Shown: one piece after another, positions 58,081 to 64,000 of the stretch
How positions within the stretch are numbered: position 1 is the stretch's first letter
How the letters are laid out: each line of letters starts with the position of its first letter
Origin: Candidatus Poribacteria bacterium
Lineage (GTDB): Bacteria; Poribacteria; WGA-4E; WGA-3G
Assembly: GCA_958295945.1 (NCBI GenBank)
Contig: OY282386.1
Coordinates: forward strand, 2,181,864-2,245,863
Length of the DNA stretch: 64,000 nucleotides
Direction: 5' to 3'
Notes under the pieces: generated by a model
What the model was told of the DNA's origin: nothing
The model's database searches: none
Seen by the model: the letters and a program-made list of their open reading frames with translations, nothing else
Program-made: the position numbers and the translations under genes

Positions 58081-60576
58081 TTAATGTGGAATTCCTAACT
58101 GATGCATTCGTTTGTGTATCGCTTCGCGTGCTTCTTGGAATGGTCGTGAGAGATATTCCAAATGATCGTCTTCACCGTGATGATGCGTTACTGTTCCCGG
58201 TTCATGATGTCTGGCGGATTGTTGAATGTAAGACAATCCGCCCTCAATCAATGTTAGCATATAATTTGCTGTTTCTGGGTCGAACATCCACCATTCACCA
58301 CCAACCGCAATATATACAGGAGATGTGTGTGCGATGATTCCACGTCTCCATCCATCGTGATGTGGCACTGCTTGAGCATAGTTTGGACCACCACATCGGG
58401 CAGCAATCCACGAATGTCTATCAACCTTCAGTTTTGCTTTGATAGATAGTTTATGTGAACCATTGTTTTCCTCCGTAGAAGCGACTACCTCTCCTGCTTG
58501 CACAATTTGCAAGGTATGGATAGGAAAGATAGAATCTGCTGATGCCTCTACTTCAACTGTGCCACCATTCCCCGGTAGGTTGATCGTACTTCCGATGGGT
58601 TGTCCGTTTACAGTCATACGAATTATCGGTCCACCGCTAAGGAAGGTGTTACCTGCACTCATATATTTGCACCAGTTCTCGTAGTTGAATTCTTCGTCGT
58701 CGGGTATGTGAACGTAGGTTCTGTAGACTCCTACAGGCACATCAGCAGTCATCTTATCTGTCCCACCGACAAGAGGCAATTTATATCCACAGTTTAGGTA
58801 GCGATAGTATTCAATGTGTCCATACATAGCGTTGGTAAGGTATTCAACAGCATCTACGCGTCCTGTGGCAATCAGCGTTGCAGGTTCACAGTTTGGATTA
58901 GGAATGTGTGGTAAAACGACGGTGCCCCCTTGATCATGACATGCATCTGCCCAATGAGAAAGTGTGACCTCTAAGTTTCCACCGAGTTCTGCTTCACCAG
59001 GACCATCCGAACACCACGGTGAAACTTGTTCTTTTAATCCGAGAAGTGTTAGGTGTCCAAGAACATGCTGTCTGTTCTCCTGCGTTGCATAGACGATGCT
59101 CCGACCATCAGCAGATGTCGTGGGTCTTCCGATAAATTCCTCAGTATTGGTAAAGAGATGTCCCCATTGCGATAGGAGCAGATTGACAACACCGAGGTCT
59201 TCACCTTGTGCTTCGGTATGTGCGCCTTGTGTTGATAAAAAGTGAACGTGTGTATCACCGCTGAAGTAGCGTTCGGTGTTCATATTGCACCAACGTTTCA
59301 TTCGCAGTGTCAACTCGCGTTGTCCCGGTTTGATGTTGACGGTTGTGCGTAATGGCGTATATTCAAAACCGCGAGCGACATCGACGATAACATCGCCACG
59401 AGGTAGCCATCCCTGACAAGTGCCATCAATATAAGCGTAACTAATCTGTCCTAAACGCACATCTCCGCCAATATCTACGTGCCAAGTTCCCATGTTTGAA
59501 TTGACATGCGCGTGGTGTCCATGCGGTGCGTATGGAACACCGTGTGGCGAACGGAAGTGGATGCGACAAGGAACAGGTTTATTCGTGTCTTCGTCAATCA
59601 CGGTGGTATGCACCCAGTTTCTACCGGTGTCAATGACTTCCACCTTGACACGATCATTCGGTTGAACAACATTCTTATCTTGAAGTTCACCCCAGTTAAC
59701 ACTTCCGAGGGATTCTCCCTGATTTTTTACTTCAACGGTTGCAGAAGGTGTAGCGGATATCTCAGTGTATGCAGGACTGCTTTTGTTGTTCTGGAATTCT
59801 CCCCAACCTTTGAAATCGTCATTGAGAAATGCATCAGTATCATCTTCAGGTAATGGATACGGATAGGTTGCAGTGCCGCGGTCAACATTTACTTCCATGT
59901 CAAAAGGTCTGTCTGCATCTTCTGCTTGTGTGAGTGTGATCTTAACTTCACGGTTTGGCTGGCGTGGGATCGGGTCTTCGTCTAGATATCCGAGTGTGAT
60001 TGCTGCAATGATAAACTTCCGTTCTTGTGGTTGAATCTCTATTGAAGTTACCTCAACATCAGGATGAGGGTTCTTCCATATCCATAGGTAGTAGTTGCGA
60101 GGAACACATTGCAGTGCTTCTGTCTGTCGATTTCCTGCAGAACCCCACGGTCCTTGATGTCGTGCATGCAAACTCTCTTTTGTATCAGGGACAGCAATGA
60201 ATGTCTGTTGTCCCCAACCTTGTGGTACACTACCAATCTCAAAACGTTCGCGAATAGGAACACTTTCCTGTTCTCCGTTTGCATAATGGAATACATAGTT
60301 AGCGATGTGTTTTCCAATCGGTTCGCCTTCATGGATACGGGATTCAAGCAAACGATGTGCTATGATGATCCGCTTCGGTTTTGTATTCACAGGAATATTT
60401 ATCGCGTCTGTATTGACACCATCACCAAAACCCAAAAAACTCTTTTCACCTTCGGAGATGTGAAAGGGGAGACCGTGGAATGATTGTGGTCCTAAGTTTG
60501 GTGTTGCGTTTGTGCCGATTATTTCTGCGTTGACGTTGCATAAATCGGAGAGAGAGATAGGTTGATAGTCTTGCAT
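58081..60576 (-). CDS. CehA/McbA-type (PHP-like) metallohydrolase
   Basis: FSGDTHVH, LGHL, PH.P, YYRYLNCGYKLPLVGGTD, TFLSGGP; family recalled from motif pattern. Confidence 0.7.
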   Translation of the reverse strand: MQDYQPISLSDLCNVNAEIIGTNATPNLGPQSFHGLPFHISEGEKSFLGFGDGVNTDAINIPVNTKPKRIIIAHRLLESRIHEGEPIGKHIANYVFHYANGEQESVPIRERFEIGSVPQGWGQQTFIAVPDTKESLHARHQGPWGSAGNRQTEALQCVPRNYYLWIWKNPHPDVEVTSIEIQPQERKFIIAAITLGYLDEDPIPRQPNREVKITLTQAEDADRPFDMEVNVDRGTATYPYPLPEDDTDAFLNDDFKGWGEFQNNKSSPAYTEISATPSATVEVKNQGESLGSVNWGELQDKNVVQPNDRVKVEVIDTGRNWVHTTVIDEDTNKPVPCRIHFRSPHGVPYAPHGHHAHVNSNMGTWHVDIGGDVRLGQISYAYIDGTCQGWLPRGDVIVDVARGFEYTPLRTTVNIKPGQRELTLRMKRWCNMNTERYFSGDTHVHFLSTQGAHTEAQGEDLGVVNLLLSQWGHLFTNTEEFIGRPTTSADGRSIVYATQENRQHVLGHLTLLGLKEQVSPWCSDGPGEAELGGNLEVTLSHWADACHDQGGTVVLPHIPNPNCEPATLIATGRVDAVEYLTNAMYGHIEYYRYLNCGYKLPLVGGTDKMTADVPVGVYRTYVHIPDDEEFNYENWCKYMSAGNTFLSGGPIIRMTVNGQPIGSTINLPGNGGTVEVEASADSIFPIHTLQIVQAGEVVASTEENNGSHKLSIKAKLKVDRHSWIAARCGGPNYAQAVPHHDGWRRGIIAHTSPVYIAVGGEWWMFDPETANYMLTLIEGGLSYIQQSARHHEPGTVTHHHGEDDHLEYLSRPFQEAREAIHKRMHQLGIPH

Positions 60577-60865
60577 GGTATTCCTTAAATCATGATTGTA
60601 GTTAGATATAGCAAAAATTGTATCCTATACTCATATTTCAATGCTTTTCAAGAAAGGTACAGGTGATTCATTCCTTATCTTCTAATACAGTTAATTCAAC
60701 AAATTGCTTGATTTATGAAGTAATTCTTTGTTTCATCATTTTAATTTTTATCATTCAACCTTTTTGTTAAATGAATATGTAAGATGTTTCCTTCAACGAG
60801 TCTGTATTCCCCAGGCTTTGGCTTTTGAAGTTCTCCACGATCTACCAATGAGCCCAACATCTTAT

Positions 60866-63800
60866 TTACTGTTTCACTGTAGTAAGTACCAACGAGCCAG
60901 CTTTATCCGTTAACTCACCGCGTTCAATCATTTTATAAATTATGCCTTCAATTTCGTCTTGCATGTCCCAATTAACCTTTTTAAAACCAAACAACCTACA
61001 AGTTGCATGAGGTAAATCGTCTCGTTCTATGCCACAAGATTCCGATACAACCAACTTAATTGCCTCTTGTATTTCTTCGGGGGCAATAAGTTGAAACTTG
61101 CGTGAAGCATTTGGGAGTTCACCACGATCTCGCACAGTGATCTTTTTTTGTCCAGTCCAATAAAGAAATTTCTCAAATAGAGATGTCTCTTTGATCTGAA
61201 TATCTTCAGAACGAGCTGCTGCCCTTGCAGCATTTTCAACCGCTTCTTGGATGCGATTGCCAACCTTCTTCAGTCCGGCAGCACTTGTGATGCGTTTTGC
61301 TATTTCTTTAAGATGCACTGGACTCTCAATTTCAACAATTTGCTGAATCCATTTCGCCATCGTGTTTGGTGGAACCGCATGTAAATCAAGTCCATTAGTG
61401 GAAATGGTTAGTTCAGCGAGTTTATACTTTTCCGCCAGTGAATTTGACTTTGGTTCTGGAGTTGGACCATCAGTTACACCAACTTCTGTTTCTGATTTAT
61501 CCTTATCTTCATTGGAATCATGATCATTAGTTTCTGGCGTTTGGTCAATAGCGAAGGGTGTGTGTGCCTTAGCTGCCTCGATTGCTTCAGCCGCCTTTTT
61601 GAGTTCAGAGTCTGGAGATCTAAACCAATCGGTACTCCAAATACGATGGATACGCCAACCTAAGTCTTCAAGATGATTCTGTCTTATTCGGTCACGGTCA
61701 CGAGCTGATTGCGCGCTGTGATAGGTTGCTCCGTCACATTCAATACCTAATAAGTAACGCCCAGGACGTTCCGGGTCCTTAACCCCGAGATCAATAAAAT
61801 AGCCCGCAATACCAATCTGATAGTCAATTTTATAGCCGCATCCACGTAAGGCCTCTGCCACCTCTACCTCAAAAGGAGAGTCTGGTGATCTACCGTTTGA
61901 TTCTGGGATGTCATCAAGTTCGTCTGTCTGTGCATATTTCAAGTAACGTTTTAGTGCCACAACACCAGATGGGTTGGTAGGTCCAGGATCAATGTCATCA
62001 GCTGTCAAATTAGTAAACACTTCACTACGTTGTTTTGCCCGTGTAATCAATACATTCAATCGTCTTTCTCCCCCTTTTTTGTTAAGGGGACCGAAGTTCA
62101 TCGTAATTTTTCCCTTAATATCGCGTCCATAACCAACACTAATGAAAATAACATCACGTTCATCTCCTTGAACGTTTTCCAGATTTTTGATAAAAAACGG
62201 TTCTTCGGGATGAGCGTTAAAGAACGTTTGTTCGACTGATGAGTCCTCTCGGCGTAGGAGTTCAAGTTGATCTTGAACCGCTTGCATTTGAGCCGTACTA
62301 AACGTTGCCACGCCAAGCGTCAAGTCAGGACGTGTGCGTGCATGTTCCATGACTCTTTCTGCAACTATTTGGGCTTCTTTTGGGTTGCTTCTACTCCCTC
62401 CACGGTCATAAGCAGTATCAGGCAGGTGATGATAAACCAGTCCAACTTTTTCCCTCGCAGCATCCGGACTTGGAAAGATTATAAGTCTATTTTTGTAAAA
62501 TACATAGTTTGATACCGCAATCAACGAAGGATGTCGGCTACGATAGTGCCAACGTAACATGCGTTCTGGCGCGTTTTGAGCACTGAACAATCCCAAAATG
62601 CTCTCTGTATCACCTGGTAAGTCTTCCTCCGTGTCTTCGGTATCAGTATCGTCACCTATGTGCTTATCAAAGAAAGAAGTCGGTGGAAGTTGTTCGCTAT
62701 CACCAACGACCACAGTTTGTTTGCCTCGAATAATTGCTCCGAAAGCATCAACAGGTTTTACTTGGCTTGCTTCGTCAAAAACTACCAAGTCAAAGTCAAC
62801 ACTATTCGGTGGTAGAAACGTCGCTACTGAGAGCGGACTCATCATAAATATCGGCTTAATTGCTTGTATTGCATTTCCTGCCCTGGTCATAAGTTGACGA
62901 ATTGGTAGATGCCGCTTCTTTTTTTGAAATTCCCGCTTGAGCAATCCTAATTGTCCACTTGACGTTTCGGACTGAGGTAGATGTTTCCAATGTTCGTACG
63001 CCACTTTTGTCTTATTGTATTCAAGTGAGCTGCAGTCTAACTTTTTGAACCGTTCAACAATATGCTGATGGGTATCACTACTAAAACCTGCAAGAACCGA
63101 GCGTTCCTGCATTGCTATCTCAATTTTTGCGCTATACCACGCATGTTCAAGTATATCCGACAAACATTCGCCCGCATCTTGCCAGACATTTGCAACCTTC
63201 ACAATTTCAGCGAAACCACTATCTGTTAACGCATCTGTCAGGTGATTATACGAAACCATATCTAGTAGACTGTCTGATTCAGTTTCCCAACATTTAAAGA
63301 TCTTTGCTTGTTCAGCAAATGAGAGTTGTTTTAATCCGTTATCGCTTCCAAAACGCACTTTTTCATCAAGTTGAATTTTATCAATCACAACTTGGAGGTG
63401 ATTAGGATAGTTCCTCTGGTGCTCCTCAACGGTTGCAAGTAGCCCCTTAAGTGTCTCAAAATTCGGATTTGTTGCGAGGTAGGCAACTAACGCTTCTGGC
63501 AATTCACTGTTTGTTACCGATTCGTGCAGAGCGGAAAGGTACTGGACAATTCCTCGGAGTTGATTCCAATCCGAGGAATGTCCGTGCCAGTGTGTACCAA
63601 ATGATTCTTGGCTGATTTCTTGTATTCGTTCGAAATGGGGCAATTCGCGTTGCGCTTCAAGAATCGCATCAACTATATGGAGTCGTGCATCATGGGCTTT
63701 TGGGAGTTGCCGTGAGCATAAACCTTTGAGTTCATTATGGGCACGTCGAAATTTCCCCGAAAGTATACGCCACCACTTATCTCCATAAGCCGCCAGTATT

Positions 63801-64000
63801 TTCCGAATCTCAAGTACGTCTTGTTGCCATGCTTCACGGATAAGGATATCATCGTGTGCGTTATGAAGTTCGCTTAACCTCTCTCCTGCGTTTAAGCCTA
63901 CTTCAAAATCATTACTATACGTTTTCCATGCCGTTGACTGTACAGCAACACCTGATAAGTCTGGTGCATCTAACGCGCGGAGTGCTGCTCGAATGAGATT
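60866..64000 (-). CDS. Partial (5' beyond window) superfamily I helicase with Vsr/very-short-patch-like nuclease and DUF3320-type C-terminus
   Basis: Frame stays open to 64000; MMSPLSVA, VVFDEASQV, VVGDSEQLPPT, LRWHYRSR, KNLENVQGDERD, RRLNVLITRA; DSPFE..IECDGATYH..ARDRDR..GW..HRIWSTDW. Confidence 0.9.
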   Translation of the reverse strand, partial: NLIRAALRALDAPDLSGVAVQSTAWKTYSNDFEVGLNAGERLSELHNAHDDILIREAWQQDVLEIRKILAAYGDKWWRILSGKFRRAHNELKGLCSRQLPKAHDARLHIVDAILEAQRELPHFERIQEISQESFGTHWHGHSSDWNQLRGIVQYLSALHESVTNSELPEALVAYLATNPNFETLKGLLATVEEHQRNYPNHLQVVIDKIQLDEKVRFGSDNGLKQLSFAEQAKIFKCWETESDSLLDMVSYNHLTDALTDSGFAEIVKVANVWQDAGECLSDILEHAWYSAKIEIAMQERSVLAGFSSDTHQHIVERFKKLDCSSLEYNKTKVAYEHWKHLPQSETSSGQLGLLKREFQKKKRHLPIRQLMTRAGNAIQAIKPIFMMSPLSVATFLPPNSVDFDLVVFDEASQVKPVDAFGAIIRGKQTVVVGDSEQLPPTSFFDKHIGDDTDTEDTEEDLPGDTESILGLFSAQNAPERMLRWHYRSRHPSLIAVSNYVFYKNRLIIFPSPDAAREKVGLVYHHLPDTAYDRGGSRSNPKEAQIVAERVMEHARTRPDLTLGVATFSTAQMQAVQDQLELLRREDSSVEQTFFNAHPEEPFFIKNLENVQGDERDVIFISVGYGRDIKGKITMNFGPLNKKGGERRLNVLITRAKQRSEVFTNLTADDIDPGPTNPSGVVALKRYLKYAQTDELDDIPESNGRSPDSPFEVEVAEALRGCGYKIDYQIGIAGYFIDLGVKDPERPGRYLLGIECDGATYHSAQSARDRDRIRQNHLEDLGWRIHRIWSTDWFRSPDSELKKAAEAIEAAKAHTPFAIDQTPETNDHDSNEDKDKSETEVGVTDGPTPEPKSNSLAEKYKLAELTISTNGLDLHAVPPNTMAKWIQQIVEIESPVHLKEIAKRITSAAGLKKVGNRIQEAVENAARAAARSEDIQIKETSLFEKFLYWTGQKKITVRDRGELPNASRKFQLIAPEEIQEAIKLVVSESCGIERDDLPHATCRLFGFKKVNWDMQDEIEGIIYKMIERGELTDKAGSLVLTTVKQ

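Noticed and set aside
522-63297. Numerous short ORFs antisense to or nested within long genes (e.g. 522-908, 6594-7097, 36916-37449, 49718-50020, 50706-51059)
   Set aside because: They overlap well-supported genes, lack motifs and RBSs, and are expected shadow ORFs.

Overview
64-kb, fairly AT-rich bacterial chromosomal window. The gene mix (several PhyH dioxygenases, Zn-less MDR dehydrogenases, Gfo/Idh/MocA, Uma2, FG-GAP/TPR/HEAT repeat proteins, dense GTAG-type REP elements) suggests Candidatus Poribacteria or a similar sponge symbiont; this is inference only. Housekeeping genes: comF-like, smc, recG, sixA, a tandem-duplicated uvrA, era, a TPP-dependent acetolactate synthase-like gene, mtnA, glcD and cimA. 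Accessory/defence content: (1) a Type III-like R-M locus (16.9-24.8 kb) whose res and mod genes are split by two inserted two-gene cassettes, a 2TM protein + small beta-rich protein and a ParA-family ATPase + HEPN (RxxxxH) protein; (2) a 48.9-52.9 kb patch with a frameshifted IS3, Uma2, an integrase/IS3 chimera and an HTH-ImmA/IrrE peptidase + DUF4411 PIN pair; (3) a partial SF1 helicase-Vsr-like nuclease-DUF3320-type giant gene at the right edge. The most unusual single genes are a sigma-factor region 4 fused in frame to an FtsZ-like GTPase with a degenerate T7 loop (left edge, 5' truncated) and a cold-shock domain fused to two Hfq/Sm-like domains. No rRNA, tRNA or CRISPR array was seen. All family assignments come from motif reading, not database searches.
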